Source: Candidatus Bathyarchaeota archaeon
Lineage (GTDB): Archaea; Thermoproteota; Bathyarchaeia; TCS64
Direction of reading: 5' to 3'
DNA length: 64,000 nucleotides
Assembly (NCBI GenBank): GCA_963771885.1
Contig: CAVYVF010000023.1
Location: 544,001-608,000 of the forward strand
The stretch's first letter is position 1. The number at the start of each line of letters is the position of its first letter. The notes beneath the pieces are model-generated. The model searched no databases, was not told where the DNA came from, and saw nothing but the letters and a program-made list of their open reading frames with translations. The position numbers were made by a program, and so were the translations under genes. Positions 28,741 to 39,653 of this stretch are shown in pieces.

Positions 28741-29289
28741 GTGGACAAAGACGGGCTTATAGACTTCATAACTGAAGCGGGCAAATTGAAAAGGCTCCCA
28801 CGGACGGGTTGGGTGGAGTCCGGCATACCGGACCCAGAGTCTGTCGCCGATCACAGCTTCCGCGTCGCACTGATCACGCTTGTCCTCGCCGACCGGAGGG
28901 GGCTCGACTCCCTCAAAGCCGTTAGGATGGCGCTGCTCCATGACCTCGCTGAGGCTGAGACGGGTGACCTCACACCGACCCAGAAAGAGGCGGACCCAGC
29001 TGCGTCGAGACACGCCGAAGAGGAAGCTATGGAGAAGCTACTAACAAAACTCCCCGTGGGTATCAGACACTCATACTCGGAAGCCTGGCGAGAGTTCGCC
29101 GAATCCTCCACCGAAGAGGCGCGCCTCGTCCGGGACGCCGACAAGCTCGACATGGTCGTGCAGGCGTCCGAGTACCAGAGGGAAGGTGGCGACCGATCTA
29201 GGCTGATGCGATTCTGGCACGCGGAAATAATTGGGGAGGACGCCCGAGCCATCCGGGACGCGGTCAGGAGCCGGGAACGAGCCCTCTGA
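28741..29289 (+). CDS. HD-domain 5'-deoxynucleotidase (YfbR/HDDC2-like)
   Basis: LKRLPRTGW, ESVADHSFR, LLHDLAEAETGD, DADKLDM. Confidence 0.9.
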   Translation: MDKDGLIDFITEAGKLKRLPRTGWVESGIPDPESVADHSFRVALITLVLADRRGLDSLKAVRMALLHDLAEAETGDLTPTQKEADPAASRHAEEEAMEKLLTKLPVGIRHSYSEAWREFAESSTEEARLVRDADKLDMVVQASEYQREGGDRSRLMRFWHAEIIGEDARAIRDAVRSRERAL

Positions 29290-29522
29290 ATTTCCTGAGA
29301 TTCTCGCGTTTTCTCCGCAGGCACCGCGTATGACTCCACATGCCTAATAGGTGCTCCTCGTACGCCCTCATGTCGAATTAGCCATGGCATTGAGCAAGAA
29401 GCGTATTGTCTTCTCCTCCTTTGCCCCAGCAGGCTTGCAGCCGATACATTCTCATTGCCTCTCAACTGGCAGAAGAACGAAGGTGCTGCGTGCAGATAGA
29501 TGCGGCTAATCAGCATCGATTA

Positions 29523-30080
29523 TTAGCAGAGGAACTCGGCGACTTCGTCAACGGGGAGCCTCGGCGGCCCCTTCTTACCCATCATCTTCTCTGAGGGGTA
29601 GCCGAATCCTACGCCGGCGATGAGCTCCCAGTCCTCGTGGGCGTACTTCGCCATAATCTCGTTCTTGCTCCACCTGACTGCGGCGACCCAGAGTGAGCCG
29701 ACGCCAATGCCATGTGCCTTAAGCATCATCGTCTGTATGCACGCCCCGATGCCCTGCTGGCTTACCATGCCCTTTTCCTTGTCCCAGACGAGTACGATGA
29801 TATCCGACTTCTCAAGGCTGGTGCAACTCCAAAAGGCAATGTTCGCCGACTGTTCGGACATGCCGGATTTCTTTTTCTCGAGGTCTGCCCGGTGGAATGT
29901 GATGAAGTCATCCTTTGCTTTTCCGCTGAGGACAGTGAACCTCCAGGGCTGGCTGTTCGTGCCAGAAGGCGCCCAAGTCCCGTAGTGGAGGATCTCCCTC
30001 ATCTGCTCCACAGTGACGTGCTTGGATGGGTCGTAGCTTCGGCAGCTACGTCTGCTGAGTATTGCCTCGTCGAGTTCCAT
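29523..30080 (-). CDS. Nitroreductase family protein
   Basis: RRSCRSY, APSGTNSQPWRF, AHGIGVGSLW, GFGYP. Confidence 0.9.
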   Translation of the reverse strand: MELDEAILSRRSCRSYDPSKHVTVEQMREILHYGTWAPSGTNSQPWRFTVLSGKAKDDFITFHRADLEKKKSGMSEQSANIAFWSCTSLEKSDIIVLVWDKEKGMVSQQGIGACIQTMMLKAHGIGVGSLWVAAVRWSKNEIMAKYAHEDWELIAGVGFGYPSEKMMGKKGPPRLPVDEVAEFLC

Positions 30081-30125
30081 GGCGATCCAGATAAATTCCA
30101 CTCCGGGTAGCTTTAAGGGACTCGC

Positions 30126-30929
30126 ATGAGGCTTCTCGCTGTCGGAGATAACTGCATTGACAACTACTCAGAGCTTGGGAAGCGCTTCCCCGGCGGCAAC
30201 GCCCTAAACGTCGCCGTCTACTCCCACAGGGTCCCCGGCGTCGAGTCCGACTACATAGGCGTCATGGGGGACGACGAGGCGGGTGACTTCATGGTCGACC
30301 AGATGAAACGCGAGGGACTGCGCACCGATGGTGTCATACGCCTCCACGGGGAGTCCGCGGTCACCACCATACTCATTCGAAACGGCGACCGCGTCTTCGC
30401 CAGCTACGTCGAGGGAGTACAGAAGGACGCGAAGTTCCCATCCAGACTCCTCCCCAGGGTTAGAACGTACGACCTCGTCCACTTCAGCGTCTGGGGCTTC
30501 GGTAGGAACCACATCCCCTGGATAAAGCAAGGGAACCGCCCGCTCCTCAGCTTCGACTTCAGCAACCAGCACAATCACAACGCCCTCAGCGTCCTCCCCC
30601 ACCTCGACTACAGCTTCTTCAGCGGCAAAGAGCTCGTCTCGAAGGGCGCAGACATCGAGGCGATGCTCAGGGGCTACAAGGCGAGGACGCCTGGGCTCGT
30701 TGCCATGACCCTCGGTGAGCACGGCTCTATTGTCTACGACGGCAAGAAGTTCTACCGCGGGGAAGCGAAACCTGTTGAGGTTGTGGACACCCTAGGCGCC
30801 GGCGACAGCTACATCGCCACATTCCTCTGCGCATGCATGAGCGGTGCCACGATACCCGAAGCCATCGAGAAGGGTCACGCCGCCGCCACCGAGATATGCA
30901 AGCGCTTAGGCGGGTGGGGCGGCGCCTAA
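30126..30929 (+). CDS. frlD: Fructoselysine 6-kinase-like PfkB kinase
   Basis: VGDNCID, PGGNALNVAVY, NGDRVF, FDFS, TLGEHGS, VDTLGAGDSYI. Confidence 0.82.
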   Translation: MRLLAVGDNCIDNYSELGKRFPGGNALNVAVYSHRVPGVESDYIGVMGDDEAGDFMVDQMKREGLRTDGVIRLHGESAVTTILIRNGDRVFASYVEGVQKDAKFPSRLLPRVRTYDLVHFSVWGFGRNHIPWIKQGNRPLLSFDFSNQHNHNALSVLPHLDYSFFSGKELVSKGADIEAMLRGYKARTPGLVAMTLGEHGSIVYDGKKFYRGEAKPVEVVDTLGAGDSYIATFLCACMSGATIPEAIEKGHAAATEICKRLGGWGGA

Positions 30930-30956
30930 AAAATTTGCATACTGGCTCTGATTGGG

Positions 30957-31976
30957 CTACCACTCGACTTTGTCGTAGTAGCGCCACTGCGCCATATCCC
31001 TGTTCTTAGCTAGGCTCAGGTAGTAGCTCAGCCACTCTAGCTCGATGAAGAGGGTGAAGGGCGTGATGAGGTTGTCCACCTCGCTCCCCTGGCTGTCGAG
31101 TACTATGCCCCTGACGCCGTTCTGTGTGCTCCAGTTTACTACCGCCTTCTCAAGCTCTCCCTCGTTTCCCCTGCTGCGCAGGAAGATCGCGGGCGTCCCC
31201 GGTGCAAACATCTCCACGGGGCCATGGCGGAACTCAGAGTAGTTGATTGGGGTCGCGTGGACCCAGCACATCTCCTGCAGCGTGCAAATCGCATACTGGT
31301 AGGCGAGGCCCCAGTTAATGCCGCCGCCGAGGACGTACATCTCCCTCTCATCTTTGAACCTGATCGCCGTCTTCTTGGCGAACTCCCTCGCCTTCGGTAT
31401 CATGGGCAGGAGCACTGTCGGCAGTGACTCCGCTGCCTTGATCATTCTGCCGCCGACCTCGAACCCCTTCTCCTTGAGCACGGTACCGAAGAGCAAGTAG
31501 AGGGTGGTGAGCTTGCCCATGGTAACGCCGCGGGCTTCAGTGCCGAAACCGATGTCCGCCGTCTTATTGACGACAGAGTCCTGCTTCTGGCTAAGCCCCA
31601 TCGTGAATGCGCCGTTCTTCTTCGCCCATTCAAGGGCGCGCACTACCTCCTTCGTCTTACCGCTCTGGGTGATGAAGACGCAGGCAGCGCCCTCGTTCGC
31701 CGCCCACGGCATACGCTCGAGGAACTCCCAGCCGCTGTACTGGAGGACGGGTATGTCCGAGTACTTTTCGGCGAGGTATCTAGCGGGAAACTGGACGCTG
31801 TAACTTCCCCCGCTGCCGACGAGGTAGAACCTCTCCGCCTTAGACAGCTCCCTTCCAAGCCGCTGTATCTCCACCTTCGCGCCGAGTACGGCCTTGAGGC
31901 TCGCCTCAGTCACGCCGTCCTTCAGCCAGTCTGGGCGATAAGTATCCTCGGTAAGATATGAAATCGGTTCACCCAT
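30957..31976 (-). CDS. frlB: SIS-domain fructosamine-6-phosphate deglycase-like protein
   Basis: GSGGS, SGKTKE, ICTLQEMCW, EFRHGPVE, C-terminal RYYDKVEW typical of FrlB; no glutaminase domain. Confidence 0.8.
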   Translation of the reverse strand: MGEPISYLTEDTYRPDWLKDGVTEASLKAVLGAKVEIQRLGRELSKAERFYLVGSGGSYSVQFPARYLAEKYSDIPVLQYSGWEFLERMPWAANEGAACVFITQSGKTKEVVRALEWAKKNGAFTMGLSQKQDSVVNKTADIGFGTEARGVTMGKLTTLYLLFGTVLKEKGFEVGGRMIKAAESLPTVLLPMIPKAREFAKKTAIRFKDEREMYVLGGGINWGLAYQYAICTLQEMCWVHATPINYSEFRHGPVEMFAPGTPAIFLRSRGNEGELEKAVVNWSTQNGVRGIVLDSQGSEVDNLITPFTLFIELEWLSYYLSLAKNRDMAQWRYYDKVEW

Positions 31977-32077
31977 GCACCATCAAAGGGTAAACCGACC
32001 AGTTTAGGATATAGACTTGGCGACGGGGGCGGCCGCCTCCACATAAACAATATGAGGCATCGAGTATCTGAATATTC

Positions 32078-33226
32078 ATGGAGAGTTGGGTTCCAGTCGC
32101 ACTCGTCGCTATGCTCCTAGTTGGAGGCGGTGGTGGCTACTTCGTATCATCAGGTATGTACACCCCACAGATAACATCCTTACAGGGGCAACTCACCGCC
32201 TCCCAGCAGGAGACGACCTCCCTGAACACGAACAATCAGGGTCTGTCGCAGGAGAAGGCGATGCTCCAGACTAGCCTCGCGCAGCTCCAGTCTGACTACG
32301 CCTCCCTCCAGAGCACGCACACGAACCTGCAGGCGGACTACGCGACCCTGTCATCCCAGTATGACACCCTGAGTGCGGGCGTAGATACCGGCTTTGCATC
32401 CCTCTCCTCAGACTACATCCAGCTCCAGAAAGACTACAATGACCTCTCGACCCTCGTCAGCAACAACGTCTACGGTACGCCCGGGGACACCCAGATGCTC
32501 AACCACCTCAAGACCTTAACCCTCGCCGTCCGTGGCCTCAACTCTACCCTCTGGAACTACTGCAACGAGGTATCCAGTTTCAGAAGGACCTTAACGACGG
32601 GTGAGGTACTGAAGATGGAGACCCCGGTCAGGGCCGTAATTGGTTCAACCACAGACTCTTGGGCCATCTATCAGAAGATACACGATTACGTCACCTCGAA
32701 CGTCGAGTACGTCTATGATGTTGATATCCCATACGTCTCATTCTACACATACCTTGACGTCAATGGGGTCCGCTATCTCACCGACTTCGAAGTGGAGACT
32801 ATAGCCAACTATGTGCAGACGCCCGAGTGGACGCTCACACAGAAGCAGGGCGACTGTGACGACCAAGCCGCCCTCGAATACGCGATGCTACGATACTACA
32901 ATAAGTACATCGCCGGAACAGACTACCACATATACCTCACAGAGCTAGACTTCTCCGACGGCTCAAGCCACGTGGCGGTCTTCATGCCCGTCACAGGTGG
33001 AAAACTGACTATCCTCGACCCCGCAGGTAATTACCTTACGAAGACCGGCTCCACGATAGCGTCGAAGGCGGCTGTCTCGGAGCTCGACGCGTATAATACC
33101 CACTGGTCGAAGAACGGCCAGATCACGAGGATCAGGCTCTATTCCATCGACATGACGGATGGAAGCTACACGAAGGTCTCCGAGGGAACGCGGGCGCAGG
33201 TAGCCTCATTCTTGGCTACCGGCTAA
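32078..33226 (+). CDS. Membrane-anchored coiled-coil protein with transglutaminase-like Cys protease domain
   Basis: N-terminal TM, heptad stalk (LQSDYASLQSTHTNLQADYATL), GDCDD, HVAV, LDP. Confidence 0.8.
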   Translation: MESWVPVALVAMLLVGGGGGYFVSSGMYTPQITSLQGQLTASQQETTSLNTNNQGLSQEKAMLQTSLAQLQSDYASLQSTHTNLQADYATLSSQYDTLSAGVDTGFASLSSDYIQLQKDYNDLSTLVSNNVYGTPGDTQMLNHLKTLTLAVRGLNSTLWNYCNEVSSFRRTLTTGEVLKMETPVRAVIGSTTDSWAIYQKIHDYVTSNVEYVYDVDIPYVSFYTYLDVNGVRYLTDFEVETIANYVQTPEWTLTQKQGDCDDQAALEYAMLRYYNKYIAGTDYHIYLTELDFSDGSSHVAVFMPVTGGKLTILDPAGNYLTKTGSTIASKAAVSELDAYNTHWSKNGQITRIRLYSIDMTDGSYTKVSEGTRAQVASFLATG

Positions 33227-33250
33227 AAAAATGTAATTTAAAAAGCTGAT

Positions 33251-34177
33251 CTAGATGTCGAGCTTAAGGGCTTCCTTGAGGCCCTTATAGCGGTTTCTGA
33301 TGGTGACCTCGGTAACGCCGGCGGCGTCCGCGATCATCTTCTGCGTCCTCTTCTCCTCGTTCATCACACAGGCTATGTAGAGGGCTGCAGCGGCTAGACC
33401 CATGGGGTCCTTGCCTGCTGTGGTGCGCTTCTTCTCCGCCTGTTCGAGGAGGTTGACGGCTGTCTGCTGTGTGCGCTCGCCGATGTTGACCTTGGCGGCG
33501 ATCTTTGGGACCCTGTACTGTGCCTTCGGGATGGGCATCTGGATGGTTAGTTCCCTTAATAGTAGCCTGTAGCAGCGGGCGAGGTCCTTCTTGTCGATGG
33601 TGGAGACACGTGCGAGTTCGCGTAGTGTCCTGGGTGTGCCTGTTGCACGGCATGCTGCGTAGAGGCTGGCTGCGGCGATGGCTGAGATGCTACGGCCCCT
33701 GACGAGGCCCTTCTCGAGAGCCTTCCTGTAGATGACTGCGGCGCGCTCCTTGACCTGCTTCGGGATGTGTAGCTTGTCGCAGAGCCTGCTGAGTTCGGTC
33801 ATGGCGTGGCTGAGGTTGCGGTCGACGCTGCTCTGGTAGCTGCTCCTGATGTGCCACTTCTTGAGGCGGAGCATCTGGAACATTGTCTTGCTGGGTATGG
33901 TTCGGCCGAAGGCGTCCTTGCCGACCTGGCCGATCATCGTGCTAAGGCCCTTGTCGTGCACTGAGAAGCTTAGGGGCATGCCCACACGGCTTCGGCTCTC
34001 CCTCTCGTCTTGGCTGAACGCTCTCCACTCTGGGCCGTCGTTCATGAGATTGTCCGCCATGACGAGCCCGCACCCTCCGCAGATCTTCTCGCCTGTATCG
34101 TTGTCGATAATGAGGTTCTTGGATCCACACTCTGGGCACGAATCGCTGTTTGACGCCTGCTCCGTCTTGACTATCAT
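33251..34177 (-). CDS. tfb: Transcription initiation factor IIB
   Basis: Zn ribbon CPECGS...CGGCG, GPEWRAF, HDKGLST, cyclin repeats, GVTEVTIRNRYK. Confidence 0.97.
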   Translation of the reverse strand: MIVKTEQASNSDSCPECGSKNLIIDNDTGEKICGGCGLVMADNLMNDGPEWRAFSQDERESRSRVGMPLSFSVHDKGLSTMIGQVGKDAFGRTIPSKTMFQMLRLKKWHIRSSYQSSVDRNLSHAMTELSRLCDKLHIPKQVKERAAVIYRKALEKGLVRGRSISAIAAASLYAACRATGTPRTLRELARVSTIDKKDLARCYRLLLRELTIQMPIPKAQYRVPKIAAKVNIGERTQQTAVNLLEQAEKKRTTAGKDPMGLAAAALYIACVMNEEKRTQKMIADAAGVTEVTIRNRYKGLKEALKLDI

Positions 34178-34502
34178 CGTTTCATACTTCCTCGTCTGCT
34201 TCGGGGGCGGAATATTCCGATTATTACCGGAATGGGGCTCCGCTGACCCATAGAGTATGGCATCACCCCGCCACTAGTATTTAATCTTTCCCACTATATT
34301 TACTATATGGCTCCGATAAATAGCTGAGGTTATAGCATTTACTAGTATTGATGGTAATCAAAAATGGGTAACTTTAATCCCTTGGGGAATAATATGGGCT
34401 CCCTGGTCTCACATTTAACCGTTTCGGAGTCTAGCTCCTTTTTCTTGTTTTTTACCCGCGCGCGGGCAACCCTTTAATGGCGCGGGGGCGGAATACGCGT
34501 CC

Positions 34503-35364
34503 ATGAGCGAGATTCCGAGAGCGCCGATCGCCGTTATTGGCGGCTCTGCCAACATGAACGCAAGGTTCCCCGAGGACTTTCCCGGCGTCGAGGTTATCAC
34601 GAAGGACGTCGTATACGACACGCCCTTCGGGCCTTCCGCCCCCTTCACACACGCGAAAATCAACGGCCGAGAGTTCCTAAGTGTTCCCTTCCACGGGATC
34701 ACGAAGACGATCAGAAACATTGAGCCCAACAGTGCGGGTGAGCGTGTCTTCTACGTCCTCTGGAAGGCGGGGGTCAAAAAGATACTCGGCACAGCCCTCT
34801 GTGGCTCCTCTAACAGGCTCCTCGATCCCGCTGACGCTGTTATACCTGACGGCTTCGTCGACTATACGACGAAGAGGTGTCAGGCCTTCTTCAGGGCGCT
34901 AGAATCGAAGGGCGTTGAAGGGGAGAGGACTAGCTACCGTCTCCACCAGAGCTTCTGCCCCGAGCTTAGTAGGGGACTCTACATGAACGTGAAGAAAGCG
35001 GGTTTTCCGCGTGTCTTCCAGCGCGGCGTCGTAGGCGTTGCCGAGGGTCCCCACCTCGAGTCACCGGACGAGATCAGGATCAGGTACACGAACGCGGGGA
35101 TTGACGTGGTCACGATGAACCTCGTGCCAGAGGTTTTCTTCGCACGAGAGATCGGCGCCTGCTACGCCTGCGTAGAAGTCGTCTCCAACTACGGCGAGGG
35201 CTGCGTATCCACGACATGGGAGGGTAAGATGGCCTTCAGCGACTTCCAGGCCAAGTGGGCGCGCCCCACGGGGCAGGCTCTCCTCGACACCGTCGCCGAG
35301 ATTGAACCCGAAGAGCGATGAGTGTGGCTGCCACACTTACCGGTGGAAGTCCATCTTCGGCTAG
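34503..35364 (+). CDS. MTAP/purine nucleoside phosphorylase family protein; frameshift near 35315
   Basis: IGGS, TPFG, EGPHLES, VVTMNLVPEVFFAREIG, VSNY; shifted frame gives typical end DECGCHTYRWKSIFG*. Confidence 0.85.
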
Positions 35365-35395
35365 TCGTCACGCTCACAACATTTAAGTTCGCCAA

Positions 35396-35423
35396 GCCGG
35401 TTTACAACTTCTGGTTTACAACC
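35396..35423 (+). promoter_or_regulatory. Putative heat-shock repressor operator (autoregulatory site)
   Basis: GCCGGTTTACAACTTCTGGTTTACAACC just downstream of TTTAAG (35382); 24/28 identical to 36171-36198. Confidence 0.75.
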
Positions 35424-36136
35424 GTGTCGAACAAGAAGAGGACCCAAGGAAGGACTTCGAAGCCGTCGTAGGCGTCCTCGGGAACCCCGTTCGACGCAAT
35501 ATCATAAAGAAGCTCAGCGAGGGCCCCGACTACACCCTACGACTCAGCAACGAGCTAAATATCCACCAGCAGCTCGCCGCCAAGCACCTCAAGGTAATAC
35601 AGGACGCCGAGCTCGTCGACGTGGTACGCCAGAAGAGCACCGCCGGCGCCGACAAGAACGTATTCCACCTCAACAAGTTCTACAGCCTCCAGATAGACTT
35701 CAGCCCCAGCCTCTACAACGAGAGGCTGATCAGCTTCAACAACCCCCACCAGTGGATACAAGAGGACAACTACATGGAGCGGCTGGAGGAGCAGGTTAAG
35801 GACATCGAGGAGGAGAAGCTCAACGTCGAGGATGTCTCCCCACTAAGGCAGGTTGTCGAGTTGATAGACGAGGAGCTTGACGGCCTCGAGAAGAGGCGCG
35901 CCAGACTGCTCTACATACGCAACCTCGCCCTCGGCGCAGCTCAAGGCGCGGTCGAGGATCTCGATCGGAGGAAGCAGCATATAATCCAGCGCCTCATGGA
36001 CCTCGGCCCCACGAGCATAGATGCACTAAGCAAGACGCTTCAGCTCAAGGAGGCCGACGTCCGCGACATCGTGTCCGAGCTGGAGAAGGAGGGCCTCGTC
36101 AGTAGGGACGAGGAAGTTATAAGCCTGAACACGTGA
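35424..36136 (+). CDS. ArsR-family wHTH regulator with coiled coil (Phr/HSR1-like heat-shock repressor); probable indel at start
   Basis: Frame upstream of 35621 reads DFEAVVGVLGNPVRRNIIKKLSEGPDYTLRLSNELNIHQQLAAKHLKVI; coiled coil and second HTH follow; directly upstream of the thermosome genes. Confidence 0.82.
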
Positions 36137-36170
36137 CCTATTCTAGACCATCGAAAGGTTTTTTATTACC

Positions 36171-36212
36171 GCCGGTATACAACTGTCGGTTTACAACCAG
36201 AAGTGGTACACC
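36171..36212 (+). promoter_or_regulatory. Putative heat-shock operator in the thermosome promoter
   Basis: BRE-TATA CGAAAGGTTTTTTATTA (36152-36168) followed by GCCGGTATACAACTGTCGGTTTACAACCAGAAGTGGTACACC. Confidence 0.75.
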
Positions 36213-36301
36213 GTGATGTATGACAGATTGACCCTGAGCGCCGTCTCGACGGGTGAGGGGGCACGCGGTTGTATCCCTTGTATTTCAATGGAGATGAATG
36301 A

Positions 36302-37981
36302 ATGAGCGCACAAGGTGGAGGAAATCAGCCCATATATATCCTCAAGGAAGGAACTGAGAGGAACACGGGCAATGACGCTCGCGGTAACAATATCATGGCC
36401 GCGAAGATCGTCGCCGAGGCCGTAAAGACGAGCCTCGGCCCCAAGGGCATGGACAAGATGCTCGTCGACAGCTTCGGCGACGTCACCATTACGAACGATG
36501 GCGCTACGATGCTGAAGGAGATGGATATCCAGCACCCTGCCGCCAAGATGATGGTAGAGGTGTCGAAGACCCAGGACTCTGAGGTCGGCGACGGTACAAC
36601 CAGCGTCGTGGTTCTCGCGGGCGAACTCCTCGGTAAAGCCACGGACCTAATGGACAAGAAGGTCCACCCAACCGTCATCATCGACGGCTACAGGGCGGCT
36701 CAGGAGGAGGCGCTGAAGATCCTCGACGACATAGCTATCAAGGTCAAGCCTAAGGACAAGGAGATCCTGAAGAAGGTCGCCAAGACCACGATGTCGACGA
36801 AGCTCGTCAGCAGCCACAGTGGCTACCTCTCCGAGATCGCCGTCGACGCGGTTCTCCAGGTCGCCGAAGAGGCGAACGGCGGAATGAAGGTCGACCTCGA
36901 CATGATCAAGGTCGAGAAGAAGCCCGGAGGCTCGATGACCGACACGGTCCTCGTCAAGGGACTCATCATCGACAAGGAGGTCGCCCACAGCGACATGCCC
37001 AAGCTCGTTAAGAAGGCGAAGATCGGGCTCCTCGACGCCGCTATGGAGATCGAGAAGACCGAGTTCACCAGCAAGATCAGCATCGAGACGCCCGACGAGA
37101 TGCAGGCCTACCTCGACGAGGAGGAGAAGATGCTCCGCGACATGGTAAAGAAGGTGAAGGACGCCGGCGTCAACGTGCTCCTCTGCCAGAAGGGCATCGA
37201 CGACATGGTCCAGCACTTCCTCGCACGCGAGGGTATAATGGCCGCTCGCAGGCTCAAGAAGAGCGACATGGAGGCCCTCGCTAAGGCGACGGGCGCCAAG
37301 GTCGTCAGCAGTGTAGACGAGCTGAGCGCATCTGACCTAGGCTACGCCGACGCCGTTGAGGAGAAGAAGATCGGCTCGGACAAGCTCATCTTCGTCGAGG
37401 GCTGCAAGAACCCGAAGGCCGTCAGCATACTCATACGCGGCGGAACGGAGAGGATCGTTGATGAGGCCGAGAGGAGCATCCACGATGCTCTCTGCGTCGT
37501 CAAGGACGTCGTGGAGACGCCCAAGATCGTCGCCGGCGGAGGCGCCGTCGACATCGAGATCGCGAGGAAGCTCCGCGCCTACGCTGAGAAGCTCAAGGGC
37601 AGGGAAAGACTCGCGGTGGCAGCCTTCGCGGACGCCATCGAGGTACTCCCGCACGACCCTCGCCGAGAACGCCGGCATGGACCCCATAGACGCGATGGCC
37701 GAGCTTCAGAGCCGCCACGCAAAGGGCGAGAAATGGGCTGGAGTCGAGGCGATGGAGGCGAAGATAGCCGACATGGAGAAGCTCGAGATCATCGAGCCCA
37801 TGGTAGTCAAGGCACAGGCAATCAAGTCCGCTACTGAGGCGGCAACGATGCTTACTGAAGATCGACGACGTGATCGCGTTCGACGAAGAGCAAGGGCCCA
37901 CCGCCAGGCGCAGAGGGCATGGGCGGTATGGGTGGAATGGGCGGAATGGGAGGCATGGGTGGCATGCCCCCCATGATGTAG
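36302..37981 (+). CDS. thsA: Thermosome (group II chaperonin) subunit 1; frameshifts near 37650, 37854 and 37880
   Basis: [30 protein letters not shown] in shifted frame; C-terminal GGM repeats ending MPPMM* at 37981. Confidence 0.93.
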
Positions 37982-37991
37982 GTGAATCAAC

Positions 37992-39640
37992 ATGGCATAC
38001 CAAGGTAACCAGCAGGTAATCGTCCTCAAGGAGGACACGAAGAGGAGCCGCGGACGGGACGCCCGCCGCAGCAACATGATGGCGGGACAGATCATAGCCG
38101 AGGTACTCAAGACGACCCTCGGCCCCCGCGGCATGGACAAGATGCTCGTCGACAGCCTAGGAGACATAACCATCACAAGCGACGGCGCAAAGGTGCTCGA
38201 GGAGATCGACGTACAGCACCCAGCGGCCAAGATGATAATCGAGGTCGCAAAGACCCAGGACAAGGAGGTCGGCGACGGCACAACGACGTCCGTCGTCTTC
38301 GCCGGCGAGCTGCTGAAGAAGGCAGGAGAGCTCCTCGAGCAGGAGATTCACCCAAGCATCGTCATCAGCGGCTACCAGAAGGCGGCTGACAAGGCCCTCG
38401 AGGTCCTGAACAGCGTCGCCATACCCGTCGACATGGATGACAGGGAGACCCTGCTCAAGCTGGCGAGCACCTCGATGAGGAGCAAGACCGTCAGTCAGTG
38501 AGAGGGCGCACCTCGCAGAGGTCGTCGTCGACGCGGTGAAGCAGATCATGGAGACGCGCGATGGCGATCGTAATCGCCGACGTCGACAACATCCAGATCG
38601 TGAAGAAGGAGGGCAAGAGCCTCAAGGAGACCCAGATGATCAAGGGGATCATCGTCGACAAGGAGGTCGTCCACGAGGGGATGCCGAAGAAGCTCAAGAA
38701 CGCCAAGATCGCCCTCCTCAACGCTGCGATGGAGATCGAGAAGACCGAGATCGACGCGGAGATCAGGATAAAGACCCCCGACGGCGTCAAGGCCTTCCTG
38801 GACCAGGAGACCGAGATGCTGAAGAAGATGGTCGACCAGGTCTCAGCCTCAGGCGCCAACGTGCTCCTCTGCCAGAAGGGTATCGACGACATGGCCCAGC
38901 ACTTCCTCGCGAAGGCGGGGATCATGGCCGCCCGCCGCCTCAAGGAGAGCGACATGGAGAAGCTCGCCAAGGCGACTGGAGGCAAGGTCGTCAACAACCT
39001 CAAGGACCTCAAGAAGACCGACCTCGGAGTCTGCGGTCTCGTCGAGGAGAGGAAGGTCGGAAACGACAAGATGATCTTCGTCGAGGAGTGCAAGAACCCC
39101 GCGAGCGTCGCCATCTTCATCCGCGCAGGACTGGAGAGGATGATCGACGAGGCTGAGAGGAGCCTCAACGACGCGCTCTACGTCGTGAGCGACGTCGCCG
39201 AGGTGCCCAAGATGGTGCCAGGCGGCGGCGCGATCGAGATGGAGCTCGCAAAGGAGGTACGCAGCTACGCGCGCCAGGTCGGCGGGCGGGAGCAGCTAGC
39301 CATCGAGGCCTTCGCTGATGCACTCGAGGTCATCCCGAGGACGCTCGCTGAGAACGCGGGCCTAGACCTCCTCGACACCATGGTGGCGATGAAGGCAGCC
39401 CACGAGAAGAAGAATGGCCTCAAGATGGGGGTCAACGTCTTCGAGGGCGGCGTCATCGACATGCTCAAGGAGGGAGTCATCGAGCCAATGGTGGTCAAGC
39501 AGCAGGCGATCAAGAGCAGTATCGAGGTCGCCAGCATGATCCTGAGGATCGACGACGTCGTCGCCGCGAAGAGCGGCGGCGGCCCCGGTGGCCCAGGCGG
39601 CCACGGTGGTATGCCCCCGAGCGGCGGCGACGACGAGTAA
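37992..39640 (+). CDS. thsB: Thermosome subunit 2; frameshifts near 38498 and 38565
   Basis: [17 protein letters not shown] (37992..38501) joined to 38561..39640 (CQKGIDD, PGGGA, LAENAG, ILRIDD); GGTGA RBS. Confidence 0.93.
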
Positions 39641-39653
39641 ACCCGTTTCTTAG

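Noticed and set aside
37915..37970. GGCGGTATG-type short tandem repeat
   Set aside because: Encodes the usual GGM tail of chaperonins
36302..39640. Thermosome genes as pseudogenes or programmed frameshifts
   Set aside because: Both copies are hit, motifs are intact, no slippery sites are evident, and similar indels occur throughout the window; sequencing error is more parsimonious
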